A stretch of DNA of 64,000 bases from Candidatus Tenderia sp. (GTDB lineage: Bacteria; Pseudomonadota; Gammaproteobacteria; Tenderiales; Tenderiaceae), in assembly GCA_031416075.1 (NCBI GenBank), contig JANOSY010000090.1:8288-72287 (forward strand), given 5' to 3'. Of this stretch, positions 46,988-57,722 are shown piece after piece. The notes under the pieces were generated by a model. It was given only the letters and a program-made list of their open reading frames with translations, was not told the origin of the DNA and did not search any database. How positions within the stretch are numbered: the first letter of the stretch is position 1; the number at the start of each line of letters is the position of its first letter. A program made the translations under genes and the position numbers.

Positions 46988-47005
46988 AATCTGGTGACAT
47001 TGACT

Positions 47006-49654
47006 ATGAGTAGCACGGCATTGAAGACCATCTACCTGAAAGAGTACACACCGCCCCCTTTTGTGATCGATCGGGTCAAGCTCCACTTTGAGTTGGGTGA
47101 GGAGCAGACCGTTGTCACCACGGCCATGACGATGCGCCGTGATGGTGGTGGTGACGGGACGTTGCGGCTGGATGGGCGCCATCTGCAGTTATCACTGGTC
47201 AAGCTTGATGGTCGGGTACTGACGGCGAAGCAGTACGAGGTTGATGAGGAGTCGTTGACTATCCCCATGGTGCCGGATAGTTTTGTGTTGGAAATTCAGA
47301 CGCTTATAAAGCCACAGGAGAATACTTCACTTGATGGCCTGTATAAGTCGAGTGGTAATTTCTGCACCCAGTGTGAGGCGCAGGGGTTCCGCAAGATCAC
47401 CTACTACCTCGATCGTCCCGATGTGATGACCTTGTTTACCACTACCATCGTTGCGGATAAGGCGAAATACCCGGTGCTGCTCTCCAATGGCAACTTGGTG
47501 GCCCAGAGTGAGTTGGGGGATGGTCGTCATAGCGCCACCTGGCAGGACCCGTTCAAAAAGCCGTGTTACCTGTTTGCCCTGGTGGCCGGGCAGCTGGAGT
47601 TTATCGAAGATAGCTTCATAACTATGAGTGGCCGTCAGGTAGCACTGCGTATCTACGTCGAGCGCCACAATCTGGATAAGTGCGACCACGCCATGCAGTC
47701 ACTCAAACGGGCGATGTGTTGGGATGAGCAGGTGTACGGCCGTGAATATGACCTGGATATCTACATGATCGTGGCGGTGGATGATTTTAATATGGGGGCG
47801 ATGGAGAACAAGGGGCTTAATGTCTTCAACTCCAAATATGTGCTGGCGCGGCCGGATACGGCCACCGATGCCGATTTTATTGGCATTGAGAGTGTGATTG
47901 CCCATGAGTACTTCCATAACTGGTCGGGTAACCGAGTCACCTGCCGTGACTGGTTTCAGTTGAGTCTGAAAGAGGGTTTTACGGTTTTTCGTGATCAGGA
48001 GTTCACCTCTGACCTCTTCTCGCGGGCGGTCAAACGGATTGATGACGTCAATCGGCTACGGAGCTACCAGTTTGCCGAGGATGGCGGGCCGATGTCACAC
48101 CCGGTACGACCAGAATCCTATGTGGAGATCAATAACTTCTACACCCTTACGGTCTATGAGAAGGGGGCCGAGGTGGTGCGTATGATCTCCCATCTGGTGG
48201 GGGCGGCTGGGTTCCGTAAAGGGAGTGATCTCTACTTTGAGCGTCACGACGGCCAGGCGGTGACCACTGAAGATTTTGTGCAGGCGATGGAGGATGCCAA
48301 TGGTATCGACTTGACCCAGTTTAAACGGTGGTACGGCCAGTCCGGTACACCGTATCTCGACTGCTCATCAGAGTATGATGCGGCGGTGCAGCGGTTGACG
48401 CTGACCATCCGCCAGAGCTGCCCACCAACCCCAGGACAGGCGACAAAACTGCCGTTCCACATCCCTGTTGATATAGGGCTGTTAGCCCCTGACGGTGCCG
48501 ATTACCCGTTGCAGCTGGCGGGGGAAGCCGCTGCCATGGGCACCTCCCGAGTGCTGGAGTGTAAGGACGAGGTGCAGAGTTTTCAGTTCATCAACGTAGC
48601 GCACCCGCCGGTGCCGTCGCTGTTGCGTCAGTTTTCAGCCCCGGTGAAGCTCAACTACCCCTACAGCAGTGAAGAGCTGGCCTTCCTGATGGCCCACGAC
48701 AGCGACCCCTTTAACCGCTGGAACGCCAACCAGCAGCTGGCACTACTTCTGTTACACGGTCTGATTGAGCAGAAGATCAACGGTGGGGCGTTTGATCTGC
48801 AGGCGTTAGGCAACGGCTATCCACTCTACTCAGCGGCCTTTGGTCAGGTTCTGGCGGAGCAGGGGGGGGATCTCAATCTAAAAGCGATGGCCATGGCGCT
48901 GCCGACGGAAAACTACATTGCCGAGACCCTGGCGGTTGTGGACCCGATAGCGATACACGAAGCACGCTGGTTGCTGCGTAGTGCGCTAAGCCGTGACCAC
49001 GAGGCACTGCTATGTGAGAACTATGAAAACCATCTGGAACAGGGGCGTTACAACGTTAAGCCAGAGAGTGTCGGGCGTCGTGCCGTGAAAAATACCGCAT
49101 TGGGGCTACTCGCCACCGGTGATGGCAGCGGCATCATCGAGCTCTGTTACAGCCAGTTCAACAGTGCCGACAACATGACCGACGTGATGATGGCGTTACG
49201 TTGCCTGACTGACATTGATTGCGATGAGCGGCAGCAGGCGCTGGCGCAGTTCTACGATAAATGGCAGGGTGAACCCCTGATCGTCGACAAATGGCTCGCA
49301 CTACAGGCGATGTCACGCCTGCCTGCAACACTGGCCGATATTAAGACGCTGATGAACCATCCGGCGTTTAATATCAAAAACCCTAACAAAGTCCGGGCGC
49401 TGATCTCCAGTTTTGTCAACGGTAACGCCTACCGTTTTCACAGTGCCGAGGGGTATATCTTTCTGGCCGACCAGGTGGTGACACTTGACCGGTTAAACCC
49501 ACAGGTGGCGGCACGACTGGTCGCCCCGTTGATACAGTGGTGTCGTTATGACGAGGCGCGTCAGTCGCTGATGTGTGCAGAGCTGACGCGGATTCTGGCG
49601 GTGCCAACACTCTCCAGTGATGTCCGGGAAGTGGTCTCAAAAGGGCTGGCCTGA
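47006..49654 (+). CDS. pepN: Aminopeptidase N
   Basis: GAMENKGLN, HEYFH...KEG zinc motif, NPNKVRAL. Confidence 0.96.
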   Translation: MSSTALKTIYLKEYTPPPFVIDRVKLHFELGEEQTVVTTAMTMRRDGGGDGTLRLDGRHLQLSLVKLDGRVLTAKQYEVDEESLTIPMVPDSFVLEIQTLIKPQENTSLDGLYKSSGNFCTQCEAQGFRKITYYLDRPDVMTLFTTTIVADKAKYPVLLSNGNLVAQSELGDGRHSATWQDPFKKPCYLFALVAGQLEFIEDSFITMSGRQVALRIYVERHNLDKCDHAMQSLKRAMCWDEQVYGREYDLDIYMIVAVDDFNMGAMENKGLNVFNSKYVLARPDTATDADFIGIESVIAHEYFHNWSGNRVTCRDWFQLSLKEGFTVFRDQEFTSDLFSRAVKRIDDVNRLRSYQFAEDGGPMSHPVRPESYVEINNFYTLTVYEKGAEVVRMISHLVGAAGFRKGSDLYFERHDGQAVTTEDFVQAMEDANGIDLTQFKRWYGQSGTPYLDCSSEYDAAVQRLTLTIRQSCPPTPGQATKLPFHIPVDIGLLAPDGADYPLQLAGEAAAMGTSRVLECKDEVQSFQFINVAHPPVPSLLRQFSAPVKLNYPYSSEELAFLMAHDSDPFNRWNANQQLALLLLHGLIEQKINGGAFDLQALGNGYPLYSAAFGQVLAEQGGDLNLKAMAMALPTENYIAETLAVVDPIAIHEARWLLRSALSRDHEALLCENYENHLEQGRYNVKPESVGRRAVKNTALGLLATGDGSGIIELCYSQFNSADNMTDVMMALRCLTDIDCDERQQALAQFYDKWQGEPLIVDKWLALQAMSRLPATLADIKTLMNHPAFNIKNPNKVRALISSFVNGNAYRFHSAEGYIFLADQVVTLDRLNPQVAARLVAPLIQWCRYDEARQSLMCAELTRILAVPTLSSDVREVVSKGLA

Positions 49655-50490
49655 TGTCGCTTCAGGTCCGTGGCAATCTGCGGAAAATGGTGACACGTCT
49701 GGGGCCGCCGGTAGAGTACCTGTTACGCCTGGGCGAGCAGGAAGTGGAGTTGAATGAGTACATCGGCCGTGAAATATCCCTCAATTATTGTGGTGAAATC
49801 CACTGTGTACATTGTGGCCGCAAGAGCAGTAAAAGCTTTGGACAGGGGTATTGTTACCCCTGTTTTCGTGACCTGCCGGAGTGTGATAGCTGTATCGTCA
49901 AACCGGAGACCTGCCACTACGACGCCGGTACCTGCCGTGACCCGGCGTGGGGGCTGAAAAACTGTTTTCAGGATCACTATGTCTATCTCGCCAACTCATC
50001 GGGCATCAAAGTAGGCATTACCCGTGGCAGTCAGATTCCCACCCGCTGGATGGACCAGGGGGCGACCCAGGCATTGCCGATTGCACGAGTCAAAAATCGC
50101 CTGCAATCTGGCTTGGTGGAGGTGGCACTCAAGCAGCATGTGGCTGACCGTACCGACTGGCGCAAGATGTTGAAGGGGGCCTCTGAGCAGGTGACCCTGG
50201 CGCAGGTGCGTGATGAGCTGCTGGCCCAATGCGCGTCGGAGATTGAGGGGCTGCAGCGACGCTTTGGGGCCGATGCGATTGTCCTGCTGGGTGATGCAGT
50301 GGAGCAGCCGATCGAATATCCGGTGGTTGATTATCCTGCCAAGATCACCTCTCTCAGCTTCGATAAAACTGAACGGGTGGTGGGGCGTCTGGAGGGAATT
50401 AAGGGGCAATATCTGATGTTGGATACCGGTGTTATTAATATCCGTAAATTTGGTGGGTATATGGTTGAGTTTACAGAGGTGGTGTCATGA
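49654..50490 (+). CDS. DUF2797-like Cys-rich protein
   Basis: C..CG......QGYCYPC....CD.C...PE.CH, H.VYLANSSG.KVGITR..Q.PTRW.DQGA. Confidence 0.8.
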   Translation: MSLQVRGNLRKMVTRLGPPVEYLLRLGEQEVELNEYIGREISLNYCGEIHCVHCGRKSSKSFGQGYCYPCFRDLPECDSCIVKPETCHYDAGTCRDPAWGLKNCFQDHYVYLANSSGIKVGITRGSQIPTRWMDQGATQALPIARVKNRLQSGLVEVALKQHVADRTDWRKMLKGASEQVTLAQVRDELLAQCASEIEGLQRRFGADAIVLLGDAVEQPIEYPVVDYPAKITSLSFDKTERVVGRLEGIKGQYLMLDTGVINIRKFGGYMVEFTEVVS

Positions 50491-51143
50491 AGAGCGGCTT
50501 TTGGCTGGACCGTTGGCAGAAGGGTGAAATAGGCTTTCACCAGGGGCAGTTCAACGACTATTTAACACAATATTGGCAACGATTGGCACTGACCGGTGAT
50601 GAGTCCGTGTTTGTACCACTGTGTGGCAAAAGTCTTGATCTGCTCTGGTTGCGTCAGCAGGGACACAATGTGATTGGCATTGAGTTGAGTGATCAGGCAG
50701 TGTTGTCCTTCTGGGAGGAGAATGGTTTGGAGTGCAGCTGTCAGCCAGCAGGTGGATTTATCAATTTCCAGGGGGATGGCATCGGCCTGCTGGTCGGCGA
50801 CTACTTTGAGTTGACACAGGCCCGCCTGAATGGAGTGACGGCGGTATTTGATCGTGCCGCCCTGATTGCGTTACCCCCTGAAATGCGGGCGGCTTATGTA
50901 GCGAAGATGGGAGAGCTGCTGCCGAGTGGTTCGCAAATTTTACTGGTGACCATGGAGTATCCGCAGCAGGAGATGTCTGGCCCCCCTTTCAATGTTTCAG
51001 GAGCGGAGGTTGAGGCGCTGTACGGTCCCTGTTTTGAGATAGAGCAGTTGGCCTCGGTTGCCGTTCTGGAGCATAACGAACATTTCCGCAAACGTGGTTT
51101 AACGGCATTGACGGAGCGTGTCTGGCAGCTGCGGCGGCGTTAA
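50487..51143 (+). CDS. tpm: Thiopurine S-methyltransferase
   Basis: FW..RW....IGFH, VFVPLCGKSLD, DRAALIALP..MR, GPPF. Confidence 0.92.
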   Translation: MKSGFWLDRWQKGEIGFHQGQFNDYLTQYWQRLALTGDESVFVPLCGKSLDLLWLRQQGHNVIGIELSDQAVLSFWEENGLECSCQPAGGFINFQGDGIGLLVGDYFELTQARLNGVTAVFDRAALIALPPEMRAAYVAKMGELLPSGSQILLVTMEYPQQEMSGPPFNVSGAEVEALYGPCFEIEQLASVAVLEHNEHFRKRGLTALTERVWQLRRR

Positions 51144-51157
51144 TTGCGACGGGCAAC

Positions 51158-51253
51158 TATCAATGACTTACCTTTTTTGTTGAATCTTTTTGAAGTTTAT
51201 GGCCCCTCTGAAAGCCGCATTTTTATTGGGTGTATTTTTATAACGTATTGATT
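51158..51253. promoter_or_regulatory. Two consensus IHF sites in opposite orientation
   Basis: TATCAAtgacTTA (+, 51158-70) and AATCAAtacgTTA (-, 51241-53) both match WATCAANNNNTTR. Confidence 0.5.
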
Positions 51254-51417
51254 TTTATATAAAATAGACCGAATAATGATCTGTGTTAGACTGCCGTTAC
51301 GGTCAATGAGGCATCTGCCCGTGTATTGATTGGCCTCTTTGTGAATGTTAAGAGGCCGGTTTTTCAAACGCGTTAGCCAGGGTGGGCAAACAGCTGATTA
51401 CTGTAAGAGGTGCCGGT

Positions 51418-52233
51418 ATGGCTACAACAGATAACAATCATCGACCCCCGGTGGGGTATTTAAAATCACTCTTTCTCGCAGCGGTGGTGGTTGTATCCAG
51501 CGTGACAGTGATCGCCTTTAGCCAGTCAGGCATGGCGTTGAGCAACAAAGGATCAGGTGTGAATGGCGACGATCCAGCGGCCTGTGACGTGGCGGTCGAC
51601 GATGCTAACGTCCCCGGCCACTATAACCGGACCTACTTCACAACTACGGCCGCAGAGTTTACCCGCGACAATCCTCTGTTCTGGAACCCGTTGAGCAAAG
51701 CCTGGTTAACATCAGAGCAGATGTCACTGTTAAAACTGGCCTATGAGGTCGGTTTTGAAGATGGTGGCCATGAACATGCCGAGCTGGTGCAGGCGATTTT
51801 GATGCAGGAGACCATTGCCGGTCTGTTGGGGCGGATGGGCCACATGACGGCCCCCGTGGGCAAACGTCCTTACGGTGTTATGCAGGTTAAGGTGACGGCA
51901 TCCCGCGATGTGTTGAATGAGTACAGTGAGTTTGGCCAGTTTCGTGCCGATGAAGAGCTGATTGTTAAACTGCTCTCTGATGATGAGTTTAATATCCGGA
52001 TCGCTTCAAAATTCCTGTTGCAGTTGAGCAATCGTGTTGGACTGACGGAGCGGGCCTTGGTGGCGTATAACATTGGATTGCGCTCCTCCTATCGGATTGA
52101 TGCGCCACAATCATTTAAATATGTTGTGCATACCAAGAGCCGTCTGGAAGATGTGGTCAGACCGTTTAACCATCGTTTTGGTGGGGAAACCCTGCGTTTG
52201 GCCACGGCTACTCAGGATGTGTCTGGCTCATAA
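51418..52233 (+). CDS. Lysozyme-like/SLT transglycosylase domain protein
   Basis: N-terminal hydrophobic segment, QET (catalytic Glu position), YGVMQV, FNI....FL, AYNIG; alternative GTG start at 51382. Confidence 0.7.
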   Translation: MATTDNNHRPPVGYLKSLFLAAVVVVSSVTVIAFSQSGMALSNKGSGVNGDDPAACDVAVDDANVPGHYNRTYFTTTAAEFTRDNPLFWNPLSKAWLTSEQMSLLKLAYEVGFEDGGHEHAELVQAILMQETIAGLLGRMGHMTAPVGKRPYGVMQVKVTASRDVLNEYSEFGQFRADEELIVKLLSDDEFNIRIASKFLLQLSNRVGLTERALVAYNIGLRSSYRIDAPQSFKYVVHTKSRLEDVVRPFNHRFGGETLRLATATQDVSGS

Positions 52234-52843
52234 TCCGTGCTGCCTCTTTGTGTGTGATGTTTTTCCACGGCAGTGGGATTAGCCCTGGCACATGCTGCAT
52301 GTACTCCCGGTAACGGTTGCCATGTTCGTCGATCAGACGTCGTTCCTCCAGGCGCGAGCCAACCACAAAATAACCGCTGATTAAAAGGGTAGTGAGCAGC
52401 TGTGCCAGATCCATGTCGCGACTCCATAGCAGTATCAGGGCGCAGCTATACCAAGGGTGTCGGACATAGCGGTGTGGTGGCGAGATCACTAGCGCTGTCA
52501 GTGGGGCTGATGTTTGCGACCCTCGACAGGCGTGCCAGCCGCTGAACTCACCCAGATCGTAATAACGTAGCGTCCAGAGAAAACAGGCGAAGGCCGCCAA
52601 ACTCATCAATCCTGCCAACCAACCCCATGGTCCGGGCCAGTGGATCACGGGTGTTCCTGTATATAGAGTGTGTAGCCAGATTTGGGGTAGCAGCGTGATG
52701 ATGGCAATCAGGTTGTAGGTCAAGCGGTAGCAGTTTGATTGGGCAAACCGGCTCTTCACCATGGGGCTGGCAAGCAGTGAATGGAGCAGAAAATAGCCTA
52801 GCCAGCCGCCGCTGATCAACATCAAAACAGTGCTATTGTTCAT
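52208..52843 (-). CDS. NnrU/ICMT-like membrane methyltransferase-family protein
   Basis: HSLLAS, YRL.YN, RYVRHPWY, G..LEERRL...G..YREY...VP. Confidence 0.75.
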   Translation of the reverse strand: MNNSTVLMLISGGWLGYFLLHSLLASPMVKSRFAQSNCYRLTYNLIAIITLLPQIWLHTLYTGTPVIHWPGPWGWLAGLMSLAAFACFLWTLRYYDLGEFSGWHACRGSQTSAPLTALVISPPHRYVRHPWYSCALILLWSRDMDLAQLLTTLLISGYFVVGSRLEERRLIDEHGNRYREYMQHVPGLIPLPWKNITHKEAARIMSQTHPE

Positions 52844-52869
52844 CTCACCCCTTATTGCAAAGATAGATT

Positions 52870-53580
52870 ATGAAATATTCTACCCCACTCCAGCGTGTCA
52901 CCTTGATCAAACGCTATAAGCGCTTTCTGGGGGACGTTCTGCTGGAGGATGGCCGTGAGATGACCGTACATACCCCCAATACTGGCAGCATGTTGGGGTG
53001 TGCCGAGCCAGGAAGCCATGTCTGGATTCGTGACTCCGGCAGCGAGACCCGAAAATATCGCCACAGCTGGGAGCTGAGCGAACTGGCTTCGGGCACGTTG
53101 ATTGGGGTGAATACAGGGTTGGCCAACGCACTGGTGGTGGAGGCGATTCGCAATGGCGTAGTGCCCGAACTCAGTGGTTATGGTGGGCTGCGGACTGAAG
53201 TTGCCTATGGCCAGGAGCGTAGCCGTATCGATATTCTGCTGGAGAGCAGTGGTCAACCGCCCTGTTACGTTGAGGTGAAAAATGTGACGGCACGCCGTGG
53301 CGATCAGGCGATTTTCCCTGATGCAGTGACTGCACGGGGGACTAAACACCTGCGTGAACTGATGCAGGTGGTGGCGGATGGCGGGCGTGGGGTGATCTTT
53401 TTCTGTGTGCAGCGGGAGGATGTCGAGGCCTTTCGTCCGGCCTATGAGATTGATCCTCTCTACGCTGAGACCTTAAAGCAGGCCATCGCCGCTGGAGTGG
53501 AGGTGATGGCGTGGCGTGCCAACCTCACCCCTGAGGCGGTGGTGTTGCAGCAGCCGTTGCCGGTTCTGTTGGAGTGGTAG
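52870..53580 (+). CDS. sfsA: Sugar fermentation stimulation protein SfsA
   Basis: RYKRFL.DV, H.PNTGSM.G, SRIDILL, YVEVK.VT, FPDAVT.RG.KHL.EL. Confidence 0.95.
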   Translation: MKYSTPLQRVTLIKRYKRFLGDVLLEDGREMTVHTPNTGSMLGCAEPGSHVWIRDSGSETRKYRHSWELSELASGTLIGVNTGLANALVVEAIRNGVVPELSGYGGLRTEVAYGQERSRIDILLESSGQPPCYVEVKNVTARRGDQAIFPDAVTARGTKHLRELMQVVADGGRGVIFFCVQREDVEAFRPAYEIDPLYAETLKQAIAAGVEVMAWRANLTPEAVVLQQPLPVLLEW

Positions 53581-54253
53581 GTGGTTTTTTCTGTGTGCTC
53601 TTGGAAAAGCTGATTTTTTCCGGAGCAATGGCGCCGCCGGAGATGATAAAGGTCATCGCCTCTTCCATGGTCCAGTCTGTGGATATCAGTTTTTCCACCG
53701 GTACAATCTCCAGATAGCCCGAGGTTGGGTTGGGCGTGGTGGGTACGTAGACCGCCGCCAGCTCCTGGCCATTATGCTCATCAATCATGACCCGGGTGAC
53801 AAATCCTACCGTTTTCATATGGGGCGAAGGAAACTCAATCAGTACCACGCGGTGTAGCTTATCCGGCTTTTGCTGCAGGACAGTCAGTAGTTTTTTGGTG
53901 GAGCCGTAGATAGTCTGCAACAGGGGGATCTTGTTAACCAGGATGTCGAGCCAGGAGAGCATTTTGACGCCAATCACACGGGTAGCAAACCACCCCAACA
54001 GATAGAGTGCTGCTATGGTAATGACAACCGCCAAGGCATGTTGAACCCAAGGGTGCAGCAGCCACTGGCTGAAATTCAGGCCGGGCAGATAGCGTTCTAT
54101 GCCATCAAACAGTGCTTGAACCCAGGGTAAACCGGCCTTGGAGAGTTGGCGAAATATAAAATCAAAGACCAGCCATGTGATCCAGATTGGTATAGCGGTG
54201 ATGACACCCGCGATCAGGTAGCGCTGTATATGGGGAAATTGAATCTTTTTCAA
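53525..54253 (-). CDS. DUF502 membrane protein
   Basis: IPL...IY...K, VVLIEFP, VYVPTTPNPTSGYL, EEAM..IISGG. Confidence 0.88.
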   Translation of the reverse strand: MKKIQFPHIQRYLIAGVITAIPIWITWLVFDFIFRQLSKAGLPWVQALFDGIERYLPGLNFSQWLLHPWVQHALAVVITIAALYLLGWFATRVIGVKMLSWLDILVNKIPLLQTIYGSTKKLLTVLQQKPDKLHRVVLIEFPSPHMKTVGFVTRVMIDEHNGQELAAVYVPTTPNPTSGYLEIVPVEKLISTDWTMEEAMTFIISGGAIAPEKISFSKSTQKKPPTTPTEPATAAATPPPQG

Positions 54254-54594
54254 TTGGGTAAAAACCTATCTACTGTATGTGACAAAATCAAGGTAGAGAC
54301 AGTTGGATCATCTCTTGGCAGGATAGTGGCTAGGATACCCGTTTTGGGCGTGGAAATATATTGCTCCTGCGCCGTGCAGGCAGGTTGATGGCATTACCCT
54401 CCCATTTCCACTGCTTGTATAGTGGGTGTGGCTGTACCGTATGAGTAGAGGTGGATTATACCCGTCCCGTTTCACCTAATGCCGATGTTGGTCATGGGAG
54501 GTGGGGCGTTGGCACTGTCTGCCTAAGTGGCGTATCTAAATGGTGTTTCGGGTATACTGCAACCACGTTTCACGCTCGGTAGAGCTAACTTTTC

Positions 54595-57396
54595 ATGAAT
54601 CTGTTTTTTGCGGTACTTACCCCTTTTTTAGGTGCTGTGCTGGTGGCGTGGGCCTCCCGCTTTGGGCGTTCTCATGCCGCTTGGGCGGCAGGCGGCGTGG
54701 CGTTGACAGCGTTGGCCTGGTTGTCGCCGCTGCTGTCACAGCCGTTTGCTGGCACAACAGTGGTGCAGCGCCTTGAGTGGATGCCATCGGTGGGTCTTGA
54801 TCTGGTCTTCCGCCTGGATGGGCTGGGGCTGCTGTTTGCCGGGCTAATCCTGGGTATCGGCCTTCTGGTGATCCTCTATGCCCGTTACTACCTCTCGGAA
54901 CGTGACAGCATGGGGCGTCTTTACGCCTATATGCTGCTCTTTATGGGCTCCATGCTGGGGGTGGTGCTCTCTGAAAACCTGATCCAGCTGCTGATTTTCT
55001 GGGAGCTGACCAGTCTCTCCTCATTTCTGTTAATTGCCTATTGGCGCGAGCGCGAGATGGCGCGCATGGGCGCACGTATGGCGCTGGCAATCACCGGTGC
55101 TGGTGGCTTGGCGCTGTTGGGGGGGATCCTGCTGCTGGGCGAGATCACGGGCAGTTATGAACTGTCGGTGATCCTGGCGTCGGGAGACCTTATTCGTGGC
55201 CATTCACTCTATCTGCCCACACTAATATTGGTATTGCTGGGGGCGTTTACCAAGTCGGCCCAGTTCCCCTTCCATTTCTGGTTGCCTCATGCCATGGCGG
55301 CCCCCACTCCGGTGTCGGCCTATCTGCATTCGGCGACGATGGTGAAGGCGGGGGTATTTCTGCTGGCGCGCCTTTTTCCGGCGCTGTCGGGCACGTCGGA
55401 GTGGTCATGGCTGGTGGGTGGGGCGGGGCTGTGTACGCTGTTGCTGGGGGCGGTAGTTGCGCTGTTCAAACATGACTTGAAGGGGCTGCTGGCCTATTCC
55501 ACTATCAGCCACTTGGGGTTGATTACACTGCTGTTTGGTATTGCCACCCCGATGGCCGTGGTGGCTGGGGTATTCCACATTATCAATCACGCCATCTTTA
55601 AGGCATCACTGTTTATGGCAGCGGGCATTATCGACCATGAGACCGGTACCCGCGATATGCGCCGTATGCAGGGGCTTTGGCAGTGTATGCCGTTTACTGC
55701 GACGTTGGCCATGGTGGCGGCGGCGTCGATGGCGGGGGTGCCACTGTTTAACGGTTTCCTGTCGAAGGAGATGTTGTTTGTTGAGGCGAGTGAGATGGCG
55801 TCACAGCAGAATTTTGGCTGGCTGTTGCCGGTGACGGTGACGGTGGCGGGTATTTTTGCTGTGGCCTACTCATTACGCTTTATCCATGATGTCTTTTTTG
55901 GCGGCAAGCCCCTCGAGCTGCCCCGGACACCCCATGAGCCACCGCGCTGGATGAAGGTGCCTGTGGAGGTGCTGGTACTGCTGTGTCTGGTGGTGGGGCT
56001 GTTTCCGGCACAGACGGTAGCGCCACTGCTGGCGGTGGCGGCAGCGAGCACCCTGCAGACGGCGTTGCCGGAGTATAACTTGGCGATCTGGCACGGTTTT
56101 AATCCGGCGTTGTGGATGAGTGTGACAGCCCTGGTGGGGGGGGTGTTGCTCTATCTTGTGCGCAGACCGCTCTCTCTCTTGCATGACCGTTTTGAAGGCA
56201 AGCTGGATGCCCGTCGTCTCTACAACGCCCTGCTGCAGGGGTTAATGGTCATTGCCCGGCGGACAACCGGGCTGCTTGATGTTGGCTCATTGCAACGGAT
56301 GGTATTTGTATTTATTGGCTTTGCGCTGTTGCTAGGGTGGATGGGCTGGAGTGGTGATCGGTCAGTGCTGACGGGTTCACGGCCGCTGCTGCCAGTGGAT
56401 GCGATGAGTCTGTTGGTGACCGCTGTGCTGACAGTGATCTCTGTTGCTGTGGTGATCTTGCACCGACAACGGTTTATAGCCTTGGTTTTGGTAGGGTTAG
56501 TGGGGTTGGTGGTGTCGCTGATTTTTGTGAAATTCTCTGCCCCTGACCTCGCCTTGACCCAACTGTTGGTAGAGATGGTGACGGTGGTGCTGCTGTTGCT
56601 GGCGCTCTATTTTCTGCCTCAGCACTCACCTATTGAGTCTCATCCACTGCGCCGAAGTCGAGATGGCGTGCTCGCTCTGTTAGTGGGCGGGGGTGTAGGC
56701 ACACTGGCGTGGGCAGTATTGACCCGTCCTCACAGCAGCATTGGTGATTTTTTCCTGGCCAACAGCGTATCAGGTGGTGGTGGCACTAACGTGGTCAACG
56801 TGATACTGGTCGATTTCCGTGGGTTTGATACGCTGGGCGAGATTACGGTACTGGCGTTGGCGGGACTGGCGGTCTACGCCTTGCTGGAGAAGCTTCACAT
56901 CAGTGGTCCATCCCAGAATGCCGATGAACGTGATTGGGACTGGGATCTGCATCCAGTCATCATGGCGTCATTCACCCGCCTGTTGCTGCCGCTGGCGCTG
57001 CTGGTCTCGGTGTTCCTCCTGTTGCGCGGCCATAACTTGCCCGGCGGCGGTTTTATCGCCGGTCTGGTGACGGCGGTGGCGTTGATCATGCAGTATCTGG
57101 CCAATGGTGTGGCCTGGACCCACTCCCGGCTGTCAGCCAATATGCACCCGGTGGTGGGGGCGGGGCTGCTGATCGCCACGTTGACCGGACTGGGTAGCTT
57201 TATGTTTGGTTACCCCTTCCTCACCTCCACATTTGGGCATATGAAGTGGCCGCTGGTAGGTGATTTTGAGCTGGCATCGGCGATGGCCTTTGATCTGGGG
57301 GTTTATCTGGTGGTAGTCGGGGCCACGTTGTTGATATTGATACACTTGGGTTTGATGCACGGTAAAGAGTCCGTTCGTGGCAAGGGAAGACACTGA
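54595..57396 (+). CDS. phaA: Mrp/Pha Na+(K+)/H+ antiporter fused subunit A/B
   Basis: FWELTSLSSFLL, TKSAQFPFHFWLPHAMAAPTPVSAYLHSATMVKAG, DFRGFDTLGE, GHNLPGGGF. Confidence 0.93.
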   Translation: MNLFFAVLTPFLGAVLVAWASRFGRSHAAWAAGGVALTALAWLSPLLSQPFAGTTVVQRLEWMPSVGLDLVFRLDGLGLLFAGLILGIGLLVILYARYYLSERDSMGRLYAYMLLFMGSMLGVVLSENLIQLLIFWELTSLSSFLLIAYWREREMARMGARMALAITGAGGLALLGGILLLGEITGSYELSVILASGDLIRGHSLYLPTLILVLLGAFTKSAQFPFHFWLPHAMAAPTPVSAYLHSATMVKAGVFLLARLFPALSGTSEWSWLVGGAGLCTLLLGAVVALFKHDLKGLLAYSTISHLGLITLLFGIATPMAVVAGVFHIINHAIFKASLFMAAGIIDHETGTRDMRRMQGLWQCMPFTATLAMVAAASMAGVPLFNGFLSKEMLFVEASEMASQQNFGWLLPVTVTVAGIFAVAYSLRFIHDVFFGGKPLELPRTPHEPPRWMKVPVEVLVLLCLVVGLFPAQTVAPLLAVAAASTLQTALPEYNLAIWHGFNPALWMSVTALVGGVLLYLVRRPLSLLHDRFEGKLDARRLYNALLQGLMVIARRTTGLLDVGSLQRMVFVFIGFALLLGWMGWSGDRSVLTGSRPLLPVDAMSLLVTAVLTVISVAVVILHRQRFIALVLVGLVGLVVSLIFVKFSAPDLALTQLLVEMVTVVLLLLALYFLPQHSPIESHPLRRSRDGVLALLVGGGVGTLAWAVLTRPHSSIGDFFLANSVSGGGGTNVVNVILVDFRGFDTLGEITVLALAGLAVYALLEKLHISGPSQNADERDWDWDLHPVIMASFTRLLLPLALLVSVFLLLRGHNLPGGGFIAGLVTAVALIMQYLANGVAWTHSRLSANMHPVVGAGLLIATLTGLGSFMFGYPFLTSTFGHMKWPLVGDFELASAMAFDLGVYLVVVGATLLILIHLGLMHGKESVRGKGRH

Positions 57397-57719
57397 TGGA
57401 AGCGCTGCTTGCCTTTGTGATTGGTCTGCTTACCGCCTGTGGGGTTTATCTTGCGTTACGTGGGCGTACCTTCCCGGTGGTGCTGGGGCTGACCTTTATC
57501 TCTTATGCGGTCAATCTGTTCCTGTTCAGCATGGGGCGGCTCAGCATTGGCCAGCCGCCGGTGATCGGTGCCAGCGCTAATGCCTATGCTGATCCAGTGC
57601 CTCAAGCCCTGGTGTTGACCGCTATTGTTATCGGCTTTGCCATGACCGCCTTTGTTATCGTGCTGGCATTAAAAGCGCGGGCGGATCTGGGCAACGATCA
57701 TGTAGATGGACAGAATTAA
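57396..57719 (+). CDS. phaC: Mrp/Pha antiporter subunit C
   Basis: DPVPQALVLTAIVIGFA. Confidence 0.93.
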   Translation: MEALLAFVIGLLTACGVYLALRGRTFPVVLGLTFISYAVNLFLFSMGRLSIGQPPVIGASANAYADPVPQALVLTAIVIGFAMTAFVIVLALKARADLGNDHVDGQN

Positions 57720-57722
57720 ACA

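Noticed and set aside
50487-52843. TPMT plus ICMT-like methyltransferase as a volatile S/Se methylation cluster
   Set aside because: The genes are on opposite strands, are separated by an unrelated gene, and both are common; proximity alone is not evidence.
54254-54594. Na+/Li+ riboswitch upstream of the mrp/pha operon
   Set aside because: The location is plausible, but I could not match the conserved nhaA-I/II or DUF1646 motifs by eye; an Rfam search is needed.
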